DNA of 64,000 bases from assembly GCA_018062285.1 (NCBI GenBank), contig JAGOSO010000001.1, positions 32,773 through 96,772 on the forward strand, written 5' to 3'. The translations under genes and the position numbers were made by a program. Numbering within the stretch: the first letter of the stretch is position 1; every line of letters begins with the position of its first letter. The DNA comes from Minisyncoccota bacterium. Lineage in GTDB: Bacteria; Patescibacteriota; Minisyncoccia; 2-02-FULL-40-12; GWA2-44-9. The notes beneath the pieces are model-generated. The model saw only the letters and a list, made by a program, of their open reading frames with translations. It did no database searches and was not told the origin of the DNA. Positions 37,040 to 46,846 of the stretch are shown here, piece by piece.

Positions 37040-37765
37040 CTATTTGATGAGAGTAGCACTCACGGCAACACGGTTTAAATCCGTGCCAATTGGCCAACAA
37101 GTAGAGACGACCAAATCACCAGTTAAACCAGAGCTGACGAGCTGTTGAGCACTTCCTTTTTGAATAGTGGTGACCTTGTAGGCATACTTAGTTGGGCCCA
37201 CGGTTACATAAATAATGTCATTAGCTTCCAGTTTACCCAGCAGAGAAAAGACAGCAGAATAAGCAGTCCAGGGCAAATCAGAAGATGAGTGCCCAATGAT
37301 TACCGAAGTCCCCGATTGCCCAGGCATTGATGACCCAGGATAAAGGACCACGCCTTTTTTAAGGGCCGCCAAGACAGTCGCGTCTGTATTATTGCTAACC
37401 TGCAAAACTGGAGCCGAAACACCTATTTTTGGGATATCAATAATTGCGCTTAGTTGAGCCTGTCCTACTGGACCGGTTGGCTGAGTTGGCTTGAGGGTTG
37501 GTGCAGCATTAGACTTAAGTGCTGAAGTAATTATTTCGGGGTGCTTATCGTATCCATATAAATCACGATATTGTTGAGTCAGCAATTCATTATCTGCTTC
37601 TGGTGTGTGCGTAAAAGGATACTTGATAGCTTTATACAGAGTAGGCCCATTCAAAACAATCATGATTATAACGAAGGCCGTAACGAAAATAGCGACCAAA
37701 CTTTTCCAAGAAGTCTTCTTTTCTGGTTTGGGAACTTTAAGTTGTGACAATACTGGAATATCCAT
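37040..37765 (-). CDS. sortase (class A/E-like cysteine transpeptidase)
   Basis: N-terminal TM anchor. Catalytic His in VIIGHSS, TLxTC-like LVVSTCWP with the catalytic Cys, and a downstream RVAVSATL Arg. Confidence 0.7.
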   Translation of the reverse strand: MDIPVLSQLKVPKPEKKTSWKSLVAIFVTAFVIIMIVLNGPTLYKAIKYPFTHTPEADNELLTQQYRDLYGYDKHPEIITSALKSNAAPTLKPTQPTGPVGQAQLSAIIDIPKIGVSAPVLQVSNNTDATVLAALKKGVVLYPGSSMPGQSGTSVIIGHSSSDLPWTAYSAVFSLLGKLEANDIIYVTVGPTKYAYKVTTIQKGSAQQLVSSGLTGDLVVSTCWPIGTDLNRVAVSATLIK

Positions 37766-37766
37766 T

Positions 37767-38510
37767 TTATTTAGTTAAAATTTCTGGGCCGTTTTCTGTA
37801 ATGGCAACCGTGTGTTCAATGTGAGCCGCGGGTTTTTTGTCAGCGGTAATATAAGCAAAGCCATCTGGTCCGTTTGCTATTTTGTGGCTACCAAGAACCA
37901 CCATTGGTTCAATAGCGATAACCATACCAGCTTTTAAAACTGGGCCCTCACCACGCTTACCGTAATTAGGGACTTCTGGTTCTTCGTGAAGTTCTGTGCC
38001 AATACCATGACCAATTAAATCACGGACCACATCCATTTTTTGTGATTTAACGTATTCATGGATAGCATGACCCACATCACCGAGAGTATTGCCGACTTTA
38101 GCATTTTCAATTCCAATAGCCAAAGCCTCAGCCGTAATGTCAACGAGCTTACGCAAATCAAGCCGGCCCACAGAGCCAATTATTACAGAACGTGCACTAT
38201 CGGTATAAAAACCTTTGTGCAAAACCCCGAGGTCTAGTTTGACTAAATCGCCATCTTTTAGCTTCCTCTCCGAAGGTAAACCATGAACAATTTCTTCGTT
38301 TATGGAAACACAAAGACTGGCCGGGAAGCCATTATAATTAAGGAAGGCTGGTTTAGCTCCGCGGGCAATAATCAAATCACGAGCCATGGCGTCTAGGTCT
38401 TTTGTTTGAATTCCGGCCTTGGCTGAAGCAACCAAAACATCAAGAACCTCGGCCAAAATATGGCCACCTTCGCGCATTAATTCAATTTGTTGGGGTGTCT
38501 TTATTTGCAT
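37767..38510 (-). CDS. map: type I methionine aminopeptidase
   Basis: 247 aa with the canonical MetAP fold and metal ligands (D...D...H...E...E pattern; segments GHGIGTELHEEP and VIAIEPM). Confidence 0.9.
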   Translation of the reverse strand: MQIKTPQQIELMREGGHILAEVLDVLVASAKAGIQTKDLDAMARDLIIARGAKPAFLNYNGFPASLCVSINEEIVHGLPSERKLKDGDLVKLDLGVLHKGFYTDSARSVIIGSVGRLDLRKLVDITAEALAIGIENAKVGNTLGDVGHAIHEYVKSQKMDVVRDLIGHGIGTELHEEPEVPNYGKRGEGPVLKAGMVIAIEPMVVLGSHKIANGPDGFAYITADKKPAAHIEHTVAITENGPEILTK

Positions 38511-38513
38511 TAA

Positions 38514-39191
38514 TTACCACAGCTTATTAAGGATTTCTCTATGAACATTCTCGATGGATTGCTCTCCATTTATGGTAATTACATTATACCCTTTTTTTGA
38601 TAAAAAGTCAATAACAGGCTCTGTTTCAGAAACATAGACCTGGTAACGCTTTTTAATGGTTTCTGGGGTGTCGTCCGCCCGAAAAATAATCGAACTTCCA
38701 TCTTGGGGACAGGCAGTGATTCCTTCGTTGTCTTTAGTGTCGTAGATTGGATGACCGTTCTTCTCGCAAACTCGACGCTTACTATTTCTTTTAACAGACT
38801 CTTCTTCGCTTAATTTTATATAGACGACCTTGATTGAGTCTTTGGAATAATATTTATCTACGGCCGGCATTTCAATTTCGGCCTCCTCCAGCTTACGGGG
38901 CCACCCATTCCCAACTAAACCATCACCGCTCTTCCCCACTTCTTCAATTTTTTCTATCGCCCAAGCCTCAACCAAACTGCTTGTGTTTAGTTGCCCGGAT
39001 TCTTTAAGATCTTTTTCATGAGCCATAACAAGGTCACCTGGATCGGCCGACCTTAATTTGTCTTCAATTATTTTTGAAGTTTTTATTTCTAAAAAATGTA
39101 GTTCTCGAGCCAGCAATTCTGATTGAGTATCCTTGCCACTTCCTGGCGGCCCGATTAATATAACTGCCCACTTATTTTGAGTTGTTTCCAT
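38514..39191 (-). CDS. adk: adenylate kinase (with zinc-lid insertion)
   Basis: P-loop ILIGPPGSGKDTQS, and a LID region with C...CPQDGS cysteines. Confidence 0.9.
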   Translation of the reverse strand: METTQNKWAVILIGPPGSGKDTQSELLARELHFLEIKTSKIIEDKLRSADPGDLVMAHEKDLKESGQLNTSSLVEAWAIEKIEEVGKSGDGLVGNGWPRKLEEAEIEMPAVDKYYSKDSIKVVYIKLSEEESVKRNSKRRVCEKNGHPIYDTKDNEGITACPQDGSSIIFRADDTPETIKKRYQVYVSETEPVIDFLSKKGYNVITINGEQSIENVHREILNKLW

Positions 39192-39244
39192 AAATCAATA
39201 ATAACATCCCTTTTAAAATAAAACAGCGACCAGGAATGGTCGCC

Positions 39245-39565
39245 TTAAAGATATTTGTATGCCCAATATTCCCGAGGAATCGTCTGGTCTTTAATGGTGC
39301 ACTTTCTCGGAGGATCAGCGTTAAAACCCATCAAATCAACAAGGTCCTTGAAGTGGGTTTGATTCTTGATCCAAGAACACTTAACCACTAGGAACAATGC
39401 AACTTCTCCGTCACGCGTCCCCCAAAGCTCAAAACAGGAAGTGGCGGGATCAAATACAGCCGTATCGCCTCGGCGAATTCTTTTGGCGCTTTGAACAACA
39501 GTGTTAACTTTCCCGATCTCTGCCTTTTCCCTGATTGTTTGATTGCGGTTGGTGATATCCGGCAA
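39245..39565 (-). CDS. hypothetical protein (106 aa) inserted between secY and adk
   Basis: ORF with somewhat higher GC. No recognisable motif. It sits in the normally tight secY-adk junction. Confidence 0.35.
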   Translation of the reverse strand: MPDITNRNQTIREKAEIGKVNTVVQSAKRIRRGDTAVFDPATSCFELWGTRDGEVALFLVVKCSWIKNQTHFKDLVDLMGFNADPPRKCTIKDQTIPREYWAYKYL

Positions 39566-39582
39566 AGCCCCTCCTCCTTACT

Positions 39583-40845
39583 CTAGTATTCGTACATCGA
39601 CAACTGGGCATTCAACTGCTTCATGATTTCAAGAGCAACAGAAACAACAATGAGGATTGAAGTACCACCAACAGCAAAGTCGGTTACAGAAGTGAAGCGC
39701 TGAACAACATTTGGCAAAACAGCGATGATACCCAAGAAGACGGCGCCAACCAAAGTGACGCGATTCAATAAATGGTAGAGGAACTGAGCAGTTGAGGCAC
39801 CAGGACGAATACCAGGGATATAACCACCCTGCTTCTGAATATCTTCAGAAATTGCTTTTGGGTCAAAAGTGATAGCGGTATAGAAATAAGTAAATATCAC
39901 TACTAGGGCGAAATAGAAGATAGCATACCAGGTTCCTGTTGGTGCCAAGAATGCGTTAACGGATGAGGCAATACTAGAAACAATAGCAATCTTGGTATTA
40001 ATAAAGAATCCAGAAATAAGACTAGGGAAAAGCAACAAAGAAAGAGCGAAGATGATTGGCATCACACCAGCGTTGTTTAAACGCATTGGCAAATAGGTAG
40101 ACACTCCACCATAAACCTTAGAGCCACGAACACGGCGAGCATAGTTAACGGGAATATTGCGTTGAGCTTCAGAAATATAAACCACAGCAGCAATAACGAC
40201 TACCGACAAAATCGAGAACGCCAAGTAACTAAAGAAGAGGGATGAATTATATTTAAATAGGGCCTGCTGAAGCTGAACCGGGAAATGGGCAACGATACCA
40301 GCCAAGATTAAAATCGAAACACCATTACCGATATTCTTTTCGGTAATGAGCTCACCTAACCACATCAAGAAAATGCTTCCGGCGACAACTACCGAAATAA
40401 CAGTTGCCCACTGAAACAAATTTAAGAAGCCAATAACATTTTGGTGCTGCAGGGAAACCAAGAAACCATAGCCAGACAAAGCGGCCAACGGCACAGTAAG
40501 AATTCGAGAGTATTGATTAAAACGAGCACGACCAGCTTCACCATCACGTTTATATAATTCTTCCAAAGAAGGGAAGATCATGGTCATTAGCTGCATGATG
40601 ATTGAAGAAGAAATGTATGGCCCCAAAGCAAGCATCACGATTGAAAGCTGGGCCAAAGAACCGCCAGTCAAAGCAGAAAGCAAACCATAGAATTGGTTAT
40701 TGGCAAAAAAAGCTTGGAGTTGAGACGAGTCAACGTAAGGGATAGGAATGTTAGCTACAAATCTGTAAACAACAAGGAGACCAAGAATGAACAATACCTT
40801 ATTGCGGATGTCTTTTTTCTTAAAGATTTGGAGAAACTTATTCAT
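39583..40845 (-). CDS. secY: protein translocase subunit SecY
   Basis: 420 aa, 10 TM helices, canonical SecY segments. Confidence 0.95.
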   Translation of the reverse strand: MNKFLQIFKKKDIRNKVLFILGLLVVYRFVANIPIPYVDSSQLQAFFANNQFYGLLSALTGGSLAQLSIVMLALGPYISSSIIMQLMTMIFPSLEELYKRDGEAGRARFNQYSRILTVPLAALSGYGFLVSLQHQNVIGFLNLFQWATVISVVVAGSIFLMWLGELITEKNIGNGVSILILAGIVAHFPVQLQQALFKYNSSLFFSYLAFSILSVVVIAAVVYISEAQRNIPVNYARRVRGSKVYGGVSTYLPMRLNNAGVMPIIFALSLLLFPSLISGFFINTKIAIVSSIASSVNAFLAPTGTWYAIFYFALVVIFTYFYTAITFDPKAISEDIQKQGGYIPGIRPGASTAQFLYHLLNRVTLVGAVFLGIIAVLPNVVQRFTSVTDFAVGGTSILIVVSVALEIMKQLNAQLSMYEY

Positions 40846-40861
40846 TTGGAGAATAAAGGAA

Positions 40862-41335
40862 TTAGACTATCTTGCCGCCAGCCTTAGTGATCTTTTCTTT
40901 GGCTGAATCAGAGAAAGCAAATCCCTTAAGGGTTACTTTCTTCTTAAGGACGCCATTACCGAGAACTTTAACAGTATCTGTAGTATTTTCAATGATACCC
41001 TTGTCGATAAGCATCTGGGCTGTTATTTCTTGGCCTTCAGAGAATTTATCAAAAGCATCAAGATTGATAGCGGTTGGCTTATCATGCTTCAATTGGAAAA
41101 AGCGATGCTTGCGGTGTGGGCTATTATTACCTGGTTTCTTGGATGCACCACGTTGTTTTGGGAACAATTGCCAAATGCGATTATCGCCTCCTCGAAAACC
41201 TGTCTTAATGCCAGCACCAGCACGAGAAGCCTGACCCTTGGTACCCTTACCAGAAGTGGTTCCTCTTTTACCTCCACGACCAACACGTTTGGCGTATGTT
41301 CGTTTGGTTTTTGGTTTTAATTGATGAATATTCAT
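40862..41335 (-). CDS. rplO: 50S ribosomal protein L15
   Basis: MNIHQLKPK...RVGRGGKRGTTSGKGTKGQ is the L15 N-terminus. It follows S5 directly, with no L30 gene. Confidence 0.9.
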   Translation of the reverse strand: MNIHQLKPKTKRTYAKRVGRGGKRGTTSGKGTKGQASRAGAGIKTGFRGGDNRIWQLFPKQRGASKKPGNNSPHRKHRFFQLKHDKPTAINLDAFDKFSEGQEITAQMLIDKGIIENTTDTVKVLGNGVLKKKVTLKGFAFSDSAKEKITKAGGKIV

Positions 41336-41340
41336 ATTGA

Positions 41341-42021
41341 TTACTTATGCTGAGATAATGGTCGGATCATTTTCAAAGCTTTAACAGTTGCTTGAGCAAT
41401 GTTGAGTTTGTTGTTAGTGCGCTCGATAAGTTTACCAGTTAAACCAGTAATACCTGCCAATTTGGCAACGACACGAACTGGACCACCAGCCTTAACACCA
41501 CCGCGGCCTGGTTTCAAAATCACAACAGCAGAATTATATTTAGCTTCGACTTGATAAGGAATTGTTCCGTTCTTTAATGGGACGAGGAACAAATGCTTCT
41601 TGGCTTGGTTAACAGCTTTCTGGACAGACTGAGCAACATCTTTACCCTTGGCCATACCGACAGCAACACGACCCTTACCATCGCCAATAACAATAGTGGC
41701 GCGGAAACTAAAGCGCTTACCACCCTTAGTTACACGAGCAACACGAGCGAGCTCAAGAACCTTTTGATCAAATTCTGATTTAGGACGCTCACCACCACGA
41801 CGCATTCCACCTCGGCCACCACGGCCGCCAAATTGACCACCACCTCGGCCACCACGGCCGCCACCAAAACCACCTTGTCTAGGGGCAGGGGCTGCTGGAT
41901 GGGCAGGTAAACGAGTTCCAGTTTCTGGGCCACGAACGACAGGAGCTTCGGCTGGTACTTCTACCGCTTCTGTTGCTGGAGTGACTACTTCTTCTGATTG
42001 TGGTTCGATTATTGGGTCCAT
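41341..42021 (-). CDS. rpsE: 30S ribosomal protein S5 with roughly 70-aa N-terminal RGG-repeat extension
   Basis: S5 core ...VARVTKGGKRFSFRATIVIGDGKGRVAVGMAKGKDVAQ..., preceded by GGFGGGRGGRGGGQFGGRGGRGGMRRG. Confidence 0.9.
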   Translation of the reverse strand: MDPIIEPQSEEVVTPATEAVEVPAEAPVVRGPETGTRLPAHPAAPAPRQGGFGGGRGGRGGGQFGGRGGRGGMRRGGERPKSEFDQKVLELARVARVTKGGKRFSFRATIVIGDGKGRVAVGMAKGKDVAQSVQKAVNQAKKHLFLVPLKNGTIPYQVEAKYNSAVVILKPGRGGVKAGGPVRVVAKLAGITGLTGKLIERTNNKLNIAQATVKALKMIRPLSQHK

Positions 42022-42026
42022 ATAGA

Positions 42027-42389
42027 TTACATTTTAATTCCGGCTTCACGTAAACCTTCAGCTAAGGCTTTTACGCGTCCATGATATTTAAATCCACCAC
42101 GGTCAAACAAAACAGCATCAATTCCCTTCTTCTTCAAGGCATCAGCGAGGGCTTTACCATTTGATGTGGCTTTTTCAATTTTAGTTCCTTTTGCAGATTT
42201 GGTTTTCTTGCCAGCATAGTCAGAAACAGAAAGGATGGTAACACGTGCGGTGTCATCAATGACCTGAGCATAGGTATATTTATTACTCTTGTAGACAGCA
42301 ACACGAGGACGAGAAGCGGTACCAGAAATTTTGGCACGAACTCGAACATGTCGACTGACGCGGCGTGATTGTTTTGATGAAGTATTCAT
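42027..42389 (-). CDS. rplR: 50S ribosomal protein L18
   Basis: 120 aa, L18 family, in spc-operon order. Confidence 0.9.
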   Translation of the reverse strand: MNTSSKQSRRVSRHVRVRAKISGTASRPRVAVYKSNKYTYAQVIDDTARVTILSVSDYAGKKTKSAKGTKIEKATSNGKALADALKKKGIDAVLFDRGGFKYHGRVKALAEGLREAGIKM

Positions 42390-42395
42390 AATAGT

Positions 42396-42941
42396 TTATG
42401 CGGCTGTTGCTGCTTTCTTACCAGCTTTACGTTTAATAACTTCGCCTTGATAACGAATACCGCTACCCTTATAAGGTTCTGGCAAACGGTGCATGCGAAT
42501 CTTGGCGGCAATCTTACCAATCAATTCTTTATCGATTCCTTGAATCTTGATTGAACTCTTGTCGGTTACGAAAGTAATACCTTCTGCCCCTTCAATAGTC
42601 ACTGGGTGAGAAAAGCCGAGGCCCATTTCCAGATTGGCACCCTTAGCGGCAGCTTTGTAACCAACGCCTTGGAATTCGAGAACAGTTTCAAATCCAGTGG
42701 TAACACCGGTGACCATATTCTGAACCAAGGCGCGAGTAAGACCCCAGAAAACCTTACCTTCTTTTGAAGGGTTTTCAGCCAACTTTATTTTAATCTCGTT
42801 GCCCTCAACGGCAATAACAACATCTTTAAATATTGCTCTTTCGAGAGTCCCCTTTGGGCCTTTTACGGAAATTAAATCACCGTTGATTTTTACTTCAACA
42901 CCCTGAGGAATAGTGATTGGTTTTTTTCCGATTTTAGACAT
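42396..42941 (-). CDS. rplF: 50S ribosomal protein L6
   Basis: 181 aa, L6 family. Confidence 0.9.
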   Translation of the reverse strand: MSKIGKKPITIPQGVEVKINGDLISVKGPKGTLERAIFKDVVIAVEGNEIKIKLAENPSKEGKVFWGLTRALVQNMVTGVTTGFETVLEFQGVGYKAAAKGANLEMGLGFSHPVTIEGAEGITFVTDKSSIKIQGIDKELIGKIAAKIRMHRLPEPYKGSGIRYQGEVIKRKAGKKAATAA

Positions 42942-42949
42942 ATATTTGT

Positions 42950-43351
42950 TTACCAGATTTCACAGATTAATTCACCGCCAAGCTTTTGCTTGCGAGCATC
43001 CCTGGAATTCATAACTCCTTGGGATGTCGAAATAATAGCCAAGCCGTAACCAGAATGAACAGGACGAATAGCTTCAGCTTTAATATACATTCGGCGGGAA
43101 GGCTTACTTATGATCTTGATTCCTTGAATTACGCCTTCACCTTCATTGTATTTTAAGGTCAACAATAAATATTCGTGTTCGGTCTTTTTGATTTTCTTGT
43201 TTTTGCGTTCAACCTCGCTCAAGTAACCAGCAGCTTTCAAAACATTAGCCATTGCAAATTTCATTTTTGAAAACGGAAGCAACACTTGGTCTTTAGAAAC
43301 CATTTGAGCATTCTTGATCTGTATTAATAAGTCTGAAATAGGGTCTGTCAT
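42950..43351 (-). CDS. rpsH: 30S ribosomal protein S8
   Basis: 133 aa: MTDPISDLLIQIKNAQ... is the S8 N-terminus. Confidence 0.9.
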   Translation of the reverse strand: MTDPISDLLIQIKNAQMVSKDQVLLPFSKMKFAMANVLKAAGYLSEVERKNKKIKKTEHEYLLLTLKYNEGEGVIQGIKIISKPSRRMYIKAEAIRPVHSGYGLAIISTSQGVMNSRDARKQKLGGELICEIW

Positions 43352-43362
43352 AATAATTTAAA

Positions 43363-43548
43363 TTACCAAGATGATTTTTTAACTCCAGGCAATAATCCGG
43401 CACTAGCCAATTCACGGAAGTGAATACGGCACAAACCAAATTTGCGCATGTAGCCACCCTTTCGGCCACACAAGAAGCAACGCAAAACTATTCTTGATGA
43501 ATATTTTGGTTTCTTATTTGACCGTGCGATTGTTGATTTCTTTGCCAT
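43363..43548 (-). CDS. rpsN: 30S ribosomal protein S14 (type Z, zinc-binding)
   Basis: 61 aa with a CxxC...CxxH motif [23 protein letters not shown]. Confidence 0.9.
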   Translation of the reverse strand: MAKKSTIARSNKKPKYSSRIVLRCFLCGRKGGYMRKFGLCRIHFRELASAGLLPGVKKSSW

Positions 43549-43551
43549 AGA

Positions 43552-44088
43552 TTATTTAAGTGGGAACCCTAAGCTCTTAAACAAGGCCACGCCTTCGGCA
43601 TGGGTGTGAGCAGTGGTTGTAAATGTTACCTGCAAACTGAATATATCTTTAACATTCTCATAATTCAGTTCCGGGAAAATACTTGATTCCTTAAGACCAA
43701 TGTTTAAATTTCCGCTTGTGTCGACGTTGGCAACAGAAAGACCACGGAAGTCTTTAGAACGAGGCAAGGCAACATTGATGAAACGATCAGCAAAATCATA
43801 CATGCGAGCACCACGGAGAGTCACAGCAATACCAACTGGCACGCCCTGACGAACCTTGAAACTAGCAATTGATTTTTTGGCCATACGGAAAGTTGGCTTT
43901 TGACCAGACAAAGCAGCAACATCGCCAGCAATTCTTTCTAAAATCTTGTCTTCCTTGAACAACTTGCCGACACCAACATTAATAACAACCTTACTAAGTT
44001 TTGGGGTTGCCATAACATTTGCAATATTAAACTCCTTCTGCAATGCAGGGATTGAGTGTTTGCGGTATTGTTCAATTAATTGGGTCAT
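43552..44088 (-). CDS. rplE: 50S ribosomal protein L5
   Basis: 178 aa, L5 family. Confidence 0.9.
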   Translation of the reverse strand: MTQLIEQYRKHSIPALQKEFNIANVMATPKLSKVVINVGVGKLFKEDKILERIAGDVAALSGQKPTFRMAKKSIASFKVRQGVPVGIAVTLRGARMYDFADRFINVALPRSKDFRGLSVANVDTSGNLNIGLKESSIFPELNYENVKDIFSLQVTFTTTAHTHAEGVALFKSLGFPLK

Positions 44089-44097
44089 AACGATTGC

Positions 44098-44406
44098 TTA
44101 TTGTACTGCACTTTTACACTTTTTACAAATGCGGACCTTTGATTCTCCTTTAATTTCATAACCAACGCGGGTAGCTTTGCCACATGCTTTGCAGATAACG
44201 GCAACACTAGCAGCACTGATCGCTCTTTCCTTATTTACAATTTGACCTGACTGGCCTTGCTTGCGGGCTTTGGTATGACGCTTGATCATATTCAAACCTT
44301 CAACAACAACCTTGCCCTCATCGGCCAAAACCAATAAGATCTTTGCTTTCTTGCCTCGGTCCTTACCGCTAAGCATTACCACGTTGTCTCCTTTAAGTAA
44401 TTTCAT
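44098..44406 (-). CDS. rplX: 50S ribosomal protein L24 (C-terminal CxxC...CxxC zinc-ribbon variant)
   Basis: KOW motif VVMLSGKDRGKKAKIL. C-terminus CKACGKATRVGYEIKGESKVRICKKCKS has four Cys at positions where E. coli L24 has none. Confidence 0.9.
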   Translation of the reverse strand: MKLLKGDNVVMLSGKDRGKKAKILLVLADEGKVVVEGLNMIKRHTKARKQGQSGQIVNKERAISAASVAVICKACGKATRVGYEIKGESKVRICKKCKSAVQ

Positions 44407-44420
44407 GGATATAATAAATC

Positions 44421-44789
44421 TTATACTACCTCTTCGGCTAATGAAGCGATGGTGTTAAAACCTCTTTCTTTAATTTCTCTTGGGATTGGCCCGAAAATAC
44501 GTCCGCCCTTTGGCTCATTGCCAGCGGCCAAAATAACAACGGCATTATCATCAAATCTGATATAAGTACCATCCTTGCGTCGGAATGGTTTACGTTGACG
44601 AACAACGACACACTTAACAACATCTTTTTTCTTTACGGCCTTACGTGGTTCGGCAACTTTAACAGAAGCAACAACGATATCTCCGATTTCAGCATAGCGG
44701 CGGCCAGAACCTCCAAGCACCTTGAAAACACCGACGACTTTTGCGCCTGAGTTATCTGCCACTGTAACGATTGATCGAAGCTGTAACAT
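44421..44789 (-). CDS. rplN: 50S ribosomal protein L14
   Basis: 122 aa, [17 protein letters not shown]... is canonical L14. Confidence 0.95.
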   Translation of the reverse strand: MLQLRSIVTVADNSGAKVVGVFKVLGGSGRRYAEIGDIVVASVKVAEPRKAVKKKDVVKCVVVRQRKPFRRKDGTYIRFDDNAVVILAAGNEPKGGRIFGPIPREIKERGFNTIASLAEEVV

Positions 44790-44798
44790 GGATTAAAT

Positions 44799-45044
44799 TT
44801 AGATTTTAGAAATAACAGTCCAGCGTTTTTCCTTGGACATTGGTCGGCCTTCCTGAATGATAACCTTATCGCCCGTATGATATGCATCCTCTGGGTTGTG
44901 GGCCTTAAATCGTGTTGAAACTTTATAAGACTTCTTATACTTCGGATGAATCTTCATTCGGGTTACTTCAACCACAACAGTCTTCTGCATTTTGTCAGAG
45001 ACGACATATCCTTTTAGTGTTCGGTGTTGGGCTGTAGTATTCAT
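44799..45044 (-). CDS. rpsQ: 30S ribosomal protein S17
   Basis: 81 aa, S17 OB-fold pattern. Confidence 0.9.
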   Translation of the reverse strand: MNTTAQHRTLKGYVVSDKMQKTVVVEVTRMKIHPKYKKSYKVSTRFKAHNPEDAYHTGDKVIIQEGRPMSKEKRWTVISKI

Positions 45045-45046
45045 AT

Positions 45047-45224
45047 TATTTGGCTAAAGCAGTTAAAATTCTGGCTATATCTTTTTTGGTTTTTTTAAAT
45101 TGACTAAAGTCTTTTAACTTTTTGTCGGCACGATCAAAACTAAGTTCATTCATTTTAACACGCATCTCATTTAAAGAGGCAGTTAATTCTTCTCTTGACT
45201 TATTGTTTATATCGAAGCGTTTCA
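45047..45224 (-). CDS. rpmC: 50S ribosomal protein L29
   Basis: 59-aa ORF absent from the track because it is under 60 aa. Manual translation gives MKRFDINNKSREELTASLNEMRVKMNELSFDRADKKLKDFSQFKKTKKDIARILTALAK. It sits between rplP and rpsQ in the expected operon position. Confidence 0.8.
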
Positions 45225-45626
45225 TTATCGTGCAACAATTTTAGTTTTGATTGGTAATTTGTGGGCACCTAAGCGCAATGCTTCACGGGCGGATGCTTCT
45301 GGTAAACCGTCGATCTCAAAAATAACGCGACCGATTTCAACTGGAGCAACGAAATAAGCCAAAGGACTGCGACCGCCCCCCATACCTTTTGTTCCACCGC
45401 TACTAGTGCGAGGTTTGTCTGGGAAAACACGCATCCAGATCTTTCCACCGCGAGCAATGAAACGAGTCATTACTTTACGGGCAGCTTCTAGCTGGTTGGA
45501 ACGCAACCACTTTGCTTCTTCGGATTTCAAACCGAAAGATCCAAAACTCAACTTGGTTCCGCGGGTAGCGAATCCTTTATTGCCGTTCTTGTGAGTTTTT
45601 GTATGTTTTACTCTTGAAGGTTGCAT
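45225..45626 (-). CDS. rplP: 50S ribosomal protein L16
   Basis: 133 aa, L16 family. Confidence 0.95.
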   Translation of the reverse strand: MQPSRVKHTKTHKNGNKGFATRGTKLSFGSFGLKSEEAKWLRSNQLEAARKVMTRFIARGGKIWMRVFPDKPRTSSGGTKGMGGGRSPLAYFVAPVEIGRVIFEIDGLPEASAREALRLGAHKLPIKTKIVAR

Positions 45627-45664
45627 GGTCGTGTTATTATATCAGATTCTTTAGTGTTTGTCTA

Positions 45665-46303
45665 TTATTCTTCGAATTTCTCGCCTTTATATATCCAGAC
45701 CTTAACACCGATAGTTCCAAAGGTGGTATGGGCTGTGGCCTTAGCGTAGTCGATATCGGCACGCAAGGTCTGAAGAGGCAAACTGCCTTCTTCTAAGTGC
45801 TCGGCGCGAGCGATTTCAGCCCCATCTAAACGGCCTCCCATATAAATCTTGGCTCCTTTAACTTGGCGAGAAGACATGATTTTTATCAAAGTCTGTTTCA
45901 TCAAGCGTCGGAATGGGATACGTTTTTCAATTTGCTCAACGATTGTTTCGGCCATCACTCGAGCAGATTCTTCTGGGTTTCTGAACTCCATCACCTCTAA
46001 ACGGATGGCAACTTTCTTTTTTAATTTGGTACTAATCGCCTTTTTCAAATCTTCGATACCTGTACCGCCACGGCCGATTAATAAACCTGGCTTTGTGGTT
46101 GTAACAATAACGTTCAAGGTATCACTGCCACGTTCAAGACGAATATCGGCAACACCCATACCCTTGAATTTCTTTTCTAAGAAATCGCGAACAATTAAGT
46201 CATCCTTCAAGTAAGGAATATATTTTTTGCCACCAAACCAAGTGGATGACCAGTCCTTTAGTATGCCAACACGTAATGAAATTGGAGAGATTTTTTGTCC
46301 CAT
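45665..46303 (-). CDS. rpsC: 30S ribosomal protein S3
   Basis: 212 aa with KH domain ...LLIGRGGTGIEDLKK.... Confidence 0.95.
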   Translation of the reverse strand: MGQKISPISLRVGILKDWSSTWFGGKKYIPYLKDDLIVRDFLEKKFKGMGVADIRLERGSDTLNVIVTTTKPGLLIGRGGTGIEDLKKAISTKLKKKVAIRLEVMEFRNPEESARVMAETIVEQIEKRIPFRRLMKQTLIKIMSSRQVKGAKIYMGGRLDGAEIARAEHLEEGSLPLQTLRADIDYAKATAHTTFGTIGVKVWIYKGEKFEE

Positions 46304-46309
46304 AGTATT

Positions 46310-46837
46310 TTAGATTGATTTGCGTTGGAACATCTTACGAACACCCTTTTTAGGTTCCGCAATTTTCTTTCCAAGCTCAGTTTTAACGGCTGGTTTGCCT
46401 TCGTTCTTCATCTTTGGCTGGTCAGCTTCGGTGTGATCGTGGGTATGACCTTCATGCTTATGGTCTTCTTTTGTTTCTTTCTTTTCGCCTTTTAATCCTG
46501 GAACTTTTTCAGCCAACACTAAATGAATATGGCTGGTTTTCTTTTGGATTTCACCAACAGCACCCATAGCTTTAGGCTGATAGCGTTTTAATTTAACACC
46601 TTCATCAACATAGAATTCTTTAATATAGAGATTGCTTGCAACCATGTTGAAGTTGTTCTCGGCATTAGCAATAGCAGAACGAATAAGTTTCGAAACTGGT
46701 AAAGCTGGTCGGCGAATAACGAACTCAAGCTGTTGCAAAGCTTTCAATGCACCCTTGCCTCTGACAAGGTTGACGATAAGTCTGACCTTACGAGGGGCTT
46801 GGCGTAGACTATTTAATTGTGCGGATACAGTTGCCAT
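46310..46837 (-). CDS. rplV: 50S ribosomal protein L22 with Lys/His/Glu-rich C-terminal extension
   Basis: L22 core, then a roughly 60-aa charged tail (KKETKEDHKHEGHTHDHTEADQPK...). Confidence 0.9.
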   Translation of the reverse strand: MATVSAQLNSLRQAPRKVRLIVNLVRGKGALKALQQLEFVIRRPALPVSKLIRSAIANAENNFNMVASNLYIKEFYVDEGVKLKRYQPKAMGAVGEIQKKTSHIHLVLAEKVPGLKGEKKETKEDHKHEGHTHDHTEADQPKMKNEGKPAVKTELGKKIAEPKKGVRKMFQRKSI

Positions 46838-46846
46838 ATTAAATTA

